NCBI GenBank assembly: GCA_002269645.1
Contig: NIVC01003176.1
Coordinates: 1-64,000, forward strand
Reading direction: 5' to 3'
Origin: Macrostomum lignano
Taxonomy: Eukaryota
Length of the DNA stretch: 64,000 nt
A program made the position numbers and the translations under genes. Positions 13,901 to 25,437 of the stretch are shown piece after piece (the first letter of the stretch is position 1; every line of letters begins with the position of its first letter). Below the pieces are notes generated by a model that was not told the DNA's origin, did not search any database, and saw only the letters and a list, made by a program, of their open reading frames with translations.

Positions 13901-15582
13901 TTTCCATTTCTCTGAGTTTTGAGGTCAGTGGAATTTTCCAATTCTCTGGGTTTTAAGGTCAGTGGAATTTTCCAATTCTCTGGTTTTGAGGTCAGTGGAA
14001 TTTTCCATTTCTCTGGGTTTTGAGGTCAGTGGAATTTTCCAATTCTCTGGGTTTTAAGGTCAGTGGAATTTTCCAATTCTCTGGGTTTTGAGGTCAGTGG
14101 AATTTTCCAATTCTCTGGGTTTTAAGGTCAGTGGAATTTTCAAATTCTCTGGGTTTTGAGGTCAGTGGAATTTTCCAATTCTCTGGGTTTTAAGGTCAGT
14201 GGAATTTTCCAATTCTCTGGGTTTTGAGGTCAGTGGAATTTTCCAATTCTCTGGGTTTTAAGGTCAGTGGAATTTTCCAATTCTCTTGGCTTTGGGGTCA
14301 GTGGAATTTTCCAATTCTCTGGGTTTTGAGGTCAGTGGAATTTCCAATTCTCTGGGTTTTAAGGTCAGTGGAATTTTCCAATTCTCTGGTTTTGAGGTCA
14401 GTGGAATTTTCCATTTCTCTGAGTTTTGAGGTCAGTGGAATTTTCCAATTCTCTGGGTTTTAAGGTCAGTGGAATTTTCCAATTCTCTGGTTTTGAGGTC
14501 AGTGGAATTTTCCATTTCTCTGGGTTTTGAGGTCAGTGGAATTTTCCAATTCTCTGGGTTTTAAGGTCAGTGGAATTTTCCAATTCTCTGGGTTTTGAGG
14601 TCAGTGGAATTTTCCAATTCTCTGGGTTTTAAGGTCAGTGGAATTTTCCAATTCTCTGGGTTTTGAGGTCAGTGGAATTTTCCAATTCTCTGGGTTTTAA
14701 GGTCAGTGGAATTTTCCAATTCTCTGGGTTTTGAGGTCAGTGGAATTTTCCAATTCTCTCAACTTCGCTCCCATTCAGGTCATGTCGGATGGCGAGTCGG
14801 GTGTCGATGCTGTCGCTGCCGTATCTGCCGCCGCAGGCAGCCAGCGCAGCTCCGGCCTGGCGCTGTCCGTAGCGCCCAGACCGGAGGTGCCGCCGAGCCC
14901 AATCCACTGGGGCTGCTCCCACGACTGCCGGCGCTACCGCCAGTGCCGTTGGCACGATCGAAACGATTATTTAAGCAAATCCTACCTGCCGCCCTACCTG
15001 ATTTCCCGCTGCTATCACTGCCGCGAACAGTCAGCTAGAGAGTGCGGCATCAGCGCCTTCATGCTGTGGTTTCTGCACCTGCAGCACCAGATTCCCTATC
15101 CGTATTTCCTGCAGCAGCGGCTGCGCTACCCGCCTGGCCGGGTTGGCGAGGCCGAGATTCGCTACGAGATGCGGCACCGCGGCAGGCAGCCGTGCACCTG
15201 TCTGCGCGACCGGGCCACTGGACAGCCGCTGGTGATGCCGCCCTGCACGGAGTTTCCCGAGGATTACCTACCGGATGAGGAGTTCGCCGCCCAGCTAGCG
15301 GCGCAGTTTCCTTGGGCTGATAAAGACAATAAGGATAATTATGATGACGCCGAGGCGGCTACTGAGCGATGCTGGATTCAGCGAATGCTGTCGGCCGGGG
15401 ATGTGCCACTTCCGGCTAGGCGGCGCAGCACTTCCGGCGATTGCGAATGCGAGCCTTCTGATGCCGCTGATGATGGTGCTGATGACACTGGACAGGTTGT
15501 CGAAGTTGGAGAGAAACGTCAAGATGTCGTTGACGCCGACGCGTCCGCAGTCACGACTGCGCAAGTGGCCAGTTCCGGTTGA
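3975..15582 (+). CDS. NRBP: Nuclear receptor-binding protein (NRBP/Madm) pseudokinase with long C-terminal extension; 10 exons, ~1444 aa if one missing base near 4295 is restored
   Basis: Exons with GT-AG ends and consistent phases: 3975-4366, 4963-5171, 5524-6155, 6966-7146, 7851-8544, 9275-9631, 11146-11506, 12111-12403, 12886-13296, 14779-15582. NRBP-type motifs: [51 protein letters not shown] (no HRD), LKVG (no DFG), [45 protein letters not shown]. The exon 7 donor is the least certain. Confidence 0.88.
4480..4915. repeat. Degenerate ~21-bp minisatellite in NRBP intron 1
   Basis: Recurrent ATATCGATAACTAGGGATTA-like units. Confidence 0.85.
5207..5420. repeat. TTGACCT-motif degenerate repeat in NRBP intron 2
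   Basis: About 15 (T)GACCT motifs. Confidence 0.7.
6290..6880. repeat. 22-bp minisatellite in NRBP intron 3
   Basis: Unit ATTAGGTGATTAGATAATTCTC. Confidence 0.92.
7300..7840. repeat. 24-bp minisatellite in NRBP intron 4
   Basis: Unit CTCGAACTCGGGACCTATACCGGG; explains ORF 7324..7824. Confidence 0.88.
8570..9245. repeat. 23-bp then 21-bp minisatellites in NRBP intron 5
   Basis: GAGATTTGTCCTATAATCTC(C/T)AT to ~9120, then GAGAATCGCCCTGTAATCTCT to ~9245. Confidence 0.93.
10630..10990. repeat. 33-bp minisatellite in NRBP intron 6
   Basis: Unit GACCCACTGAATAGTATCTTGACCCATTGTTAT. A looser CCCAAGATCCCC repeat lies at ~9740-10110. Confidence 0.9.
11545..12060. repeat. 60-bp minisatellite in NRBP intron 7
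   Basis: Unit GTTTGTACTTTAGGAGCCCTAGATGGTGTCATTTTGTACTTTTGAAACTCTAGACAGCCA, ~5 clean copies plus degenerate ones. Confidence 0.92.
12410..12865. repeat. 21-bp minisatellite in NRBP intron 8
   Basis: Unit CTGGAGTATCTCCCTGTCAGA; explains the LEYLPVR periodic ORFs. Confidence 0.95.
13318..14760. repeat. 33-35-bp minisatellite (~42 copies) filling NRBP intron 9
   Basis: Unit GTCAGTGGAATTTTCCAATTCTCTGGGTTTT(G/A)AG, with higher-order duplications of variant units. Confidence 0.97.
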
Positions 15583-15712
15583 TTTTGATGAGCTTGCTTG
15601 GCATTGAACTGTCGGTTCATTGTTTGTTTTTTGTGTGCACTACTGTGCTGTGGGCTGATCCTGCCATTGGGTGGCGTGTCTTTCTGCTGTGTCTTTCTCT
15701 GGTCCTGGCTTG

Positions 15713-16314
15713 TCTGCCTGCCTCCCTATCTGCTAGTGTCTGTGTGTCTGTCTGTCTGTGTGTCTGTCTGTCTGTCTGTCTGTGTCTGTCTGTCTCTCTG
15801 CCTGTCTTTCTGTCTGTCTGTCTATCTGTCTGTCTGTCTCTGCCTGTCTGTCTTTCTGTCTGTCTGTCTGTCTGCCTGTCTGTCTGTCTATCTGTCTGTC
15901 TGTCTCTGCCTGTCTGTCTTTCTGTCTGTCTGTCTGTCTGTCTGCCTGTCTGTCTGCCTGTCTTTCTGTCTGTCTGTCTGCCTGTCTGTCTGTCTGTCTG
16001 TCTGCCTGTCTGTCTGCCTGCCTGTGTGTCTGCCTGTCTTTCTGTCTGTCTGTCTGTCTGCTTGTCTGTCTGTCTGCCTGCCTGTCTGTCTGTCAGCCTG
16101 TCTGTGTGTCTGCCTGTATGTCTGCCTGTCCGTCTGTCTACCTGTCTGTCTGTCTATCTGTCTGTCTGTCTCTGCCTGTCTGTCTTTCTGTCTGTCTGTC
16201 TGTCTGTCTGCCTGTCTGTCTGCCTGTCTTTCTGTCTGTCTGTCTGTCTGCCTGTCTGTCTGTCTGTCTGTCTGCCTGTCTGTCTGTCTGCCTGCCTGTG
16301 TGTCTGCCTGTCTT

Positions 16315-16353
<39 letters not shown>

Positions 16354-16378
16354 GCCTGTCTGTCTGTCTGTCTGTCTC

Positions 16379-16427
<49 letters not shown>

Positions 16428-16498
16428 GCCTGCCTGCCTGCCTGCCTGCCTCCCTATCTGCCTTAGTGTCTGCCTGTCTGTCTGCCTGTCTGTCTGTC
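15713..16498. repeat. Cryptic (CTGT/CTGC)n microsatellite 3' of the NRBP stop
   Basis: About 790 bp of TGTC/TGCC tetramers; explains the SVCL and TDRQ ORFs. Confidence 0.97.
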
Positions 16499-17283
16499 AA
16501 CATGTCTCCCTTCCCGTCCGATTGTACATTGCCATATTTCGCCTACTTTGCCAGTGACCCGTTCTTACTTGTACTCCGAACACTGTCATCCAAGTCTATC
16601 GGTGTCCGCGACTATTTATATTATATTATAAATTTCTTCCTGATTTGCTGTGGAAATTTTTATCGATTACGTCTGGCCTCTCAATGCAATTTCAGCTGCA
16701 ATTTAAATGCTTTCTCTTTGCCATTTCTTTCTTTAACTGTCCGCTCTTCCACTTTGGCCGGCCCTCGCCCTGTCTTCTAAATGCAGATCTGCTGTGTTGC
16801 TTTGCCGCTCTCCGCCTTACTACTCTAGTTCGTCATAGATTGTAGCTGTGAATTTTTATTGATGAATTTGTACTAATTTTAGTTTTACACCATTATAGTA
16901 CCTTCAATCAAATCGATTTTATTAATACAAATTGTTCCTTTGTGTTGCAGTTTACACACGCATCAATTAATTAATCTGTGATTGTTTTTCTATTCGTTGA
17001 TTAATCCTAAATCATTTAATGCATTGCATTGTATTCCTTTTCTTCCTTGACATTTGGTACTACGCTTGCTTATACAGAGGCGAAGGGCTACTAGCTAATC
17101 TTGCATGCTATTTAATAATTGATAATTTTCACCTTTGAGAGTGATAAAAACGATTTTATTATCTTGGACTTTAGCCAGCTTTTGTCGTGCTTTTTCTGAT
17201 GTTTTTTTTCTTTATTATTTTCTTTGTACGTTGTGCTCGACATTTTACTTGATGTACACTCAGCCATTCTGTACGAAACTCTC

Positions 17284-17555
17284 ACCCTAGATGTACACAC
17301 GGCCTGCCCCCGCCAACCCCCATTGGGCCACTCTTACCCTAGATGTACACGCGGCCTGCCCCCGCCAACCCCCATTGGGCCACTCTTACCCTAGATGTAC
17401 ACGCGGCCTGCCCCCGCCAACCCCTATTGGGCCACTCTTACCCTAGATGTACACGTGGCCTGCCCCCGCCAACCCCCATTTGGCTCCTCTTACCCTATAT
17501 GTACACGCGGCCTGCCCCCGCAAACCCCCGTTTGGTCCCCCTTACGCTAGACATA
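17284..17555. repeat. ~52-bp GC-rich tandem repeat, ~5 copies
   Basis: Unit CCCTAGATGTACACGCGGCCTGCCCCCGCCAACCCCCATTGGGCCACTCTTA. Confidence 0.92.
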
Positions 17556-18564
17556 CTCTTCTCTAACTAAACGTGTTCAATTTTTTCGGATATATTGTAG
17601 AAGACGCCGAACTACTGTTAGAAGTTTAGAATAACTTTCGTTTTTTCTTTAAACTTAAAAAAGTAACTTTTTCTGAGCTTGCTTGCCTTTTCGCTGGCCT
17701 TATTTTCAGCTTTTTTGCAAATTATTTCTTTTTAGTTACCGATTCTTGTGTTTTTTTGTGTCATTTATAGATCTAAAAAAATTGAAACGCCACAATGATG
17801 CCTAAATATGGCTATAATTTTTTATAGTGTTCTGATTAAACCCATTTTCGGTTCTTTTTTAATTTATCAATCTATTCAGACTGCACGATCTTCCTTTTGT
17901 ATATATATATTATATATAAGTATTTATTGTGTTAGTGTAAAACGCGCTGTAACCTATTTTTTTGACAATCGTCATAGCTATTTTAGTCCTACTCTAGCTA
18001 GTAAAGCTCATTTATTCAAGTACAAATCATTATTCACATTGTTTGATGTCAGCATTGCAAACGAATTCAAATTTATTGGAATGGTATGTATAATTAGTTT
18101 CATTTGAAATGCTGCCCAGTTAATACAAACCTTTATGCTAAAAGTTTTGTTATATTGAGAGTTCACGATGTACTACAGAAAGATTGTACTTTTTGTTTGG
18201 TACACGAGTAACTAATAGTTTTTATTGATTTACTCATTTTTGGTATTATTTGTTTTGATATGCTACACCTTTTTTCTTTTACTATTAAAGCTTCCGCTGT
18301 AAATCTATATTACTAAATATAACAACATTTTTATTAAAATCAATGTTTACTTTCCTTTCTGTGTTTATTATTTATTATTCATTTTATTCGTATATTACTT
18401 ATAGTAGATTAGTTGCGCAAACAAATTTTTTTTATGATATTTAATTATTTCTGCTTATAGTAGGTTGACAATGCAAGCAGTAAAAACACTTTTTTGTTAA
18501 TATTTATGCTTTTCTCTTTTTCGGCTACAAAAAATTAGACTGATTGATAATAATATCATACAGC

Positions 18565-21500
18565 ATGGTACTCGAAGCCACCGTTATCTGCGTAGACAAT
18601 TCCGATTACGCTCGGAATGGCGATTTTGTGCCCACAAGACTGCTGGCCCAACAGGACGCTGTCAGTTTGGTTTGCCATTCTAAGAAGTCCAACGCTGAGA
18701 ATACGGTAAGAAAATATCGCGTACATGCATGTCGGTGTGCGTTTGTTCATTGGTTAATTGCTAGTGCCGATATGCATCGAAAGTTAACTTTATTAGCCTG
18801 CATTTACAGACAAACATTTAACTTGAGTTCAGCTGCCGATATGTATCGAAAGTTAACTTTAACAGCTTTCATTTACAAGGAAAAAATTAAGTTGAGTTTA
18901 GTTGCCGATATGTATCGAAATTTTTGTTATTTATTCAATCCTGTTAGGTCGGTTTAATCTGCATGGCTGGCGCCGAAGTGCTGGTGACTCTGTCCCCGGA
19001 CGCCCAGAAGGTCATGTCCCGGCTGCAGTCTGTGCAGCCCCGGGGCAGCATCCAGTTTAGTACATCGATTCGCATCGCTCACTTGGCCCTGCGACACAGG
19101 CAGAGTCGAAATCAGCGAATGCGCATTGTGGCCTTCGTTGGCTCGCCTATTGCCGAGGACGAGAAGGTTAGCTCAATTTGGGGGCTTTGATACCAATTAG
19201 GGATATTTTATTAAAAATTATCGCAATAGGGATTTTTTATTGATAGTTATCCCAGTTAGGGGCATTTTGTTAAAGTTATCTCAAATAGGGGCATTTTGTC
19301 ATAGTTATCTCAATTAGGGATATTTCATTTATAGTTATCCCACTTAGGGATATTGTATTGATAGTTATCCCCATTAGAGATATTTTATTGATAGTTGTCC
19401 AAATTGGGGATATTTTATTGATAGTTGTGCCGATTAGAGATATTTTATTGATAGTTATCCCAATTTGGGATGTTGTATTGATAGTTATCCCAATTAGGGG
19501 TATTTTATTGATATTTATCCCAATTAGGGATATTGTATTGATAGTTATCCCAATTAGGGATATTTTATTGATAGTTATCCCAATTGGGGATATTGTATTG
19601 ATAGTTATCCCAATTAGGGATATTTTATTGATAGTTATCCCAATTGGGGATATTGTATTGATAGTTATCCCAATTAGGGATATTTTATTGATAGTTATCC
19701 CAATTGGGGATATTGTATTGATAGTTATCCCAATTGGGGATATTGTATTGATAGTTATTCCAATTAGGAATATTTTATTGATATTTATCCCGATTAGGGA
19801 TATTGTATTGATAGTTATCCCAATTAGGGATATTTTATTGATAGTTATCCCCATTAGAGATATTTTATTGATAGTTGTCCAAATTAGGGATATTGTATTG
19901 ATAGTTATCCCAATTAGGGATATTGTATTGATTAATTGAGAATTTCATTCATAACTTATGTTACCAGGATCTGATTCGCCTGGGCAAACGGCTTAAAAAG
20001 GAGAATGTCAGTCTAGACGTGGTCAACTTTGGCGAGGAGGAGGCCAACCAGACCAAACTGACCGCCATGCTGGATGCTGTGAATGGCAAAGACGGCACCG
20101 GCTCTCATCTGGTTACCGTTACGGCCGGATCTATGCTTCACGATAGCCTGATGGTGAGGGACCGACTGTTACTGGGTTCATTTGAACCGCCTTCTGACTC
20201 CCATGAGAATCTCTCTCTCACTCCCATGAGAATCTCTCTCTCTCTCTCACTCTCAGGAGAATCTCTCTCTCACTCCCATGAGAATCTCTCTCTCACTCCC
20301 ATGAGAATCTCTCTCTCACTCTCAGGAGAATCTCTCTCTCACTCCCATGAGAATCTCTCTCTCACTCCCATGAGAATCTCTCTCTCACTCTCAGGAGAAT
20401 CTCTCTCTCACTCCCATGAGAATCTCTCTCTCACTCCCATGAGAATCTCTCTCTCACTCCCATGAGAATCTCTCTCTCACTCCCATGAGAATCTCTCTCT
20501 CACTCCCATGAGAATCTCTCTCTCACTCCCATGAGAATCTCTCTCTCACTCCCATGAGAATCTCTCTCTCACTCTCAGGAGAATCTCTCTCTCACTCCCA
20601 TGAGAATCTCTCTCTCACTCCCATGAGAATCTCTCTCTCACTCCCATGAGAATCTCTCTCTCACTCCCATGAGAATCTCTCTCTCACTCTCAGGAGAATC
20701 TCTCTCTCACTCCCATGAGAATCTCTCTCTCACTCCCATGAGAATCTCTCTCTCACTCCCATGAGAATCTCTCTCTCACTCTCAAGAGAAACGCCCCCCC
20801 CTGACTCCCATGAAAATCGCCCTCTGACTCTCACGGGAATCTCCCTGTGACTCATGAGAATCACCCTCTGACACTCATGAAAATCGCCCTCTGACTCTCA
20901 CGAGAATCACCCTCTGAATCTAACGAGAATCGCCCTGACTCTCACGAGAATCGCCCTTACTCTCACGAGAATCGCCCTGACTCTCACGAGAATCGCTCTT
21001 ACTCTCACGAGAATCGCCCTTACTCTCACGAGAATCGCCCTGACTCTCACGAGAATCGCCCTTACTCTCACGAGAATCGCCCTGACTCTCACGAGAATCG
21101 CTCTTACTCTCACGAGAATCGGCCCCTGACTCTCATAAGAATCGCCCTCTGACTATCATAAGAATCGCCCCTTCAATCCCTCAGGTAAGCCCAATCGTTG
21201 TCGGCGAAGACGGCGCCGGCTCGCTGCCGCCGGGCTACGGCGGCGGCTACGACTTCGGCGTCGACGCCCAGGACGACCCGGAGCTGGCACTGGCTCTGCG
21301 CGTCTCCATGGAGGAGCAGCGGGCCAGGCAGGAGCAGCAAAACGCCAATCAGGAGGGCTCCGGCAGCCTAGCCGGCGGTGTTGTGGCCGCCTCGACTGGC
21401 GCCGGCACCGGCGCTGGCAGCGAAGCGCCACGCAACCCCGAGGAGGCGATGCTGGCTAGGGTTATGGGCGGCGCTGATACTGGTTAGAAACTGTTTTGTT

Positions 21501-22441
21501 AATCTGTATCGTAAAACTCTCTGTATGCCTACTACCAGTAGCTAATAAACGCCTTTTGATTGGTTCAAATTGCCACGAAACCGGCCCTCTAAAAGTAGCT
21601 TCTAGGAGTCTGATAAGAATTAGGAGTGACTCTGCTTAGGATTAGGAGTGACTCTCTGAGGATTAGGAGTGACTCTCTGGCGATTAGGAGTGACTCTACT
21701 GAGATTAGGAGTGACTTTGATGAGGATTAGGAGTGACTGTGATGAGGATTAGGAGTGAAGGAGTGACTGTGATGAGGATTAGGAGTGAAGGAGTGACTGT
21801 GATGAGGATTAGGAGTGAAGGAGTGACTGTGATGAGGATTGGGAGTGAAGGAGTGACTGTGATGAGGATTAGGAGTGACTGTGATGAGGATTAGGAGTGA
21901 AGGACTGACTGTGATGATGATTAGGAGTGACTGTGATGAGGATTAGGAGTGACTCTCTGAGGATTAGGAGTGACTCTCGGTTAAACCTGCCGCCTCCGCA
22001 GGCGTCTCCATGGACACGGACATCGACATGCTGGCCAGCATGACCGAAGATGAGCAAATCGCGATGGCGCTGCGCATGTCCCTCCAACCCGAGCTTGGTG
22101 CCGAGACCCCGGCGCCAACTGCCAGTGCCGCGGCCGCCGCTGCGGGCGGCGCCGGCACCGCTTCTGGTGCCGCTTCTGGCTCGTCTAGCGAAGGCCGCCT
22201 CGATCCGCCTAGCAAGAAAATCAAAGTCGACCCGTCCGAAGATCTCAAATCCGGCTCAGCAGCCGCCGATGACGACGAGGCCCTCGAGGACCCGGAATTC
22301 CTGGAAAGCGTGCTCCAAGGCCTGCCGGGCGTGGACCCGAAATCCGCCGAAGTTCAAGCCGCCCTGCGCAATAGGAAGCGCGACAAAGACGGCGGCAATG
22401 AGGGCGGCAGCGGCGGCGGCGGCGGCGGCGGAGCCGCTTGA
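18565..22441 (+). CDS. PSMD4: 26S proteasome ubiquitin receptor Rpn10/S5a; 5 exons, ~427 aa
   Basis: Exons 18565-18705, 18948-19166, 19968-20153, 21185-21482, 22002-22441. vWA domain start [46 protein letters not shown]1 [19 protein letters not shown]2 [16 protein letters not shown]-terminal [17 protein letters not shown]. Confidence 0.96.
19200..19932. repeat. 30-bp minisatellite in PSMD4 intron 2
   Basis: Unit GATAGTTATCCCAATTAGGGATATTTTATT with a near-palindromic core. Confidence 0.95.
20197..21170. repeat. 23-bp then 21-bp minisatellites in PSMD4 intron 3
   Basis: CTCCCATGAGAATCTCTCTCTCA to ~20790, then CTCTCACGAGAATCGCCCT(G/T)A to ~21170. Confidence 0.95.
21615..21980. repeat. 21-32-bp minisatellite in PSMD4 intron 4
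   Basis: GATTAGGAGTGACTGTGATGAG-type units. Confidence 0.92.
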
Positions 22442-23886
22442 TTCATTAATTTTGTTACCTGCTTTATTAATCCTTACCTATTACTGTCTGACTAAAAACT
22501 CGTTGGTTTGTTTTCGGGTCTTATTAATTAACTGCGCGCCTCTTTTGTTATTCTTAGGAGAAACTATTAAGATATGGTTACCTAGCAACGGGTGTGTTTA
22601 CCTTGGATACCGGCAGTTTTTCGGATTTTCCGTGTAGCTTAAATACTCTGCATAGCAACGGGTGTGTTTACCTTGGATACCGCTACCTATAGTGAACAGA
22701 AAATTGCTTCCTTATCTACAGCCCTACCATAACTACGCGACTTAAGTTGCCTTGGGTACCAACGACTCTTGTGTACTTTTATATTTTCAGCAAAGCTATG
22801 TACTATTAAATCAATTCAAAAGTTTGTCAATACTTGTACGATCTATTTGCAACCGTAGTAAAGCGAACACCACTATAATAAAAGTTTATATTTTCCTTTA
22901 TTCCGCTCCAATTCGGCTTGTCTAAACTACTTCAAGTAGGACTGCATGAATATGACTATTCAATTTGCTAATAAAGAATCAAATTGGCAATTGGCATTTT
23001 TTCTGCAAAAAAGCAAATAAAACTTAAAGTGCGTACTAATACGATCATTTAGCTTTGTCACCTCTTTTCCCCAAGTCTTTTAACTTCAGCAAAAAAGTTT
23101 AAATAATACTAAACAATGGGAATATCTGCCGTCTTGCGCTACATATTTTGTTGCTGCTAAAAGAAGACAAATTTTGCCTGGCCTGAAAGGCATCAATTGT
23201 TTGACTTTGTTTTCGTGTTTTCTTTAATAAAACTGACCTAACGAAACATGCCAAGTGGACTACTCGCGAAAACCAGATGAAGCCTTCATTTATTGAGGAT
23301 TCGTCCTTGAAATGCAGATCATTTGTAATCTTGATCGCATGCTGTAAAGTGTAAACCACATTGTTGTTCAGGCATCGCGCGTCCTTCGAGTCATAAAAAT
23401 ACAGTAAGATGGCTGCTGTATGCTGTCACGTTATTTTTTGTTTACTAAGCACAGTGGCCAGTGGGTAGCTTTGGTTTCAGAATTAGCACGGCCCAAGAGT
23501 CCAAATCCAGACCAGACAATGTGCCTTAGTCACCTGATGATGCTGGCAGCCTCAGGGCAGACCACAGATATTATAGTAATCTACAGACAGACAGACAGAC
23601 ATCAAGAGAGTTGAGTGAGAATTACAGTATGCAATGGAATTCTTCGCTTCTCTCGAAGAGTCGCAGTAAATACTGGTATAAAGCCTGTTTCTTTCATTGT
23701 CAGCACGCCTCAGACAGGATTCTGTGAGCGTCTTAAGGTCGTTATTTGACGGCGAATGTACATATGAAATGTACGCAACCCTAGAGAGGGAGAGAGAGTG
23801 GGGAGGGTGTTAAATTCTGGCACTCCAATTTAAAGACTTTCTAGTGGAAAATTCCACTCCAATAGAACCTTGTGTGTCCGTTTACT

Positions 23887-24055
23887 ATTGGCTACAATAA
23901 TCACTCAACCCCAAAGCGCCACCCTCCCCTATCCCCTACTAGCGAGACCCCCTCCAACCCCCCCCCCTCTATAAATTATCGGACGAAAGCGCAGTTGAGG
24001 CTTCGCCTGCCTTCTTTTTTGACACATTTTTAAATGGAGTCAATTCTGGGTAAGT
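23887..24055 (+). promoter_or_regulatory. Promoter and first leader exon of unknown-gene copy 1
   Basis: ATTGG (reverse CCAAT) at 23887, C-rich tract, TATAAAT at 23970, GCAGTT initiator-like site, donor G|GTAAGT at 24050. The same order is conserved in copies 2 and 3. Confidence 0.7.
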
Positions 24056-24469
24056 TTAACAATTTGGTTGTTATTGTTGCTTATCTGATGATATTCTTGT
24101 TTGTGCTGTTTTGGTAATCAGTGCAGTGGCTGTAAAATTACTAATTAGTGTAGATACCCTTAAGCGAGTGCTCAACATGTACTTTTAGATCTCTTAATAC
24201 TATTACTAGTTTACTAACTTTTAACTAGCGTTTTTCAATACGTTTCACGGCGTTATCAATAGGAATTCTACGAGTATAGAAAATTTGGAGCAATATGATG
24301 GCAATTTAGATAAGCAAGCTTGACCAACTTTAACTCTTGCTCTTACAAATTATATATATGTGCATGTATTTTCTGTATAGACTAAGCACTATAGGCCTTC
24401 TAAACACTGTCGGATCGGACACTTTCTGTAATTTTATCCGTTTTTGCAGCCATGTTGATTCGACTGGAA

Positions 24470-24770
24470 AATTTCCAGGAAATTGGCGTAGAAAATTTCC
24501 AGGAAATTGCGCATCTGAAATTTCCAGGAAATTGGCGTAGAAATTATTTTATGCTTTCGAAGAAAGTGCGCATCTGAAATTTCTTGGAAATTGGCGTAGA
24601 AATTATTTTATGCTTTCGAAGAAAGTGCGCATCTGAAATTTCCTGGAAATTGGCGTATAAATTATTTTATGCTTTCAAAGAGAGTGCGCATCTGAAATTT
24701 CTTGGAAATTGGCGTAGGAATTTTTAGGCTTTTGAAGAGAGTGCGCATCTGGAATTTCCTGGAAATTTTC
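24470..24770. repeat. ~59-bp tandem repeat in intron 1 of copy 1
   Basis: Unit GAAATTGGCGTAGAAATTATTTTATGCTTTCGAAGAAAGTGCGCATCTGAAATTTC(C/T)TG. Confidence 0.9.
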
Positions 24771-25437
24771 GAGAAAAAATGATAAGAAATGACTACAATG
24801 CACTATGCAAGGTTGCACTGGTAGAGATAGGTACCCTGTAGCAAAAAGACAGTTCGTGTACACTGCCCAGTTCCAGAATTGCAAACTTTCCCAGCCTTTG
24901 CGCACTCGTATTGGCCTACAAGGCAGCGATAGACAGTCAGACAATCTCACGCCCACCCTCTGCGACAGCGTCAAACTTGAAGGTTCTGTTCTCTGAAAAA
25001 TCATGTGATGCTTTGGTAGAACTTCATAGTCCTCGTTGTACAAACTTTCATATGCTATTATACTACTTAGTTGCCTCAGCAGTAGCGTATGTACATGTAT
25101 GCAGAAATACTTTCATAACAAGCTTGAAACAACTCAATCGTTCCAACCCCGCTCCTCTTCTCCTCCGTTGTCAGGGTAAACAACCTGAAATCCCAGAGGT
25201 GATCCTCGGCTGAGCAGGCCCGGCGGTGGCGGTGCCGGTAGTCGTGCTTTTTGTGCGGAGTCTGGCAAAAGAAAACAAACACAAAACTTCTCTACTTAAC
25301 TTCCTGATGTCAGTCGAAACACAGAATCACCACAACCTGCATCGTCGCTGCTGTTCAACATCGCCTCCGTCCGGCGCCCATCAGGATGGAGGAGCCGACG
25401 GTGATTTCGAATTGCGACTATCATTGGTCAGATTTGA

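Noticed and set aside
13320-14760. GGAATTTTCC in every unit resembles an NF-kB/Rel site
   Set aside because: It does not match GGGRNWYYCC exactly and there is no other support.
15579-16780. Long Cys/Leu/Ser/Val ORFs that look hydrophobic or membrane-like
   Set aside because: Translation of a tetranucleotide microsatellite.
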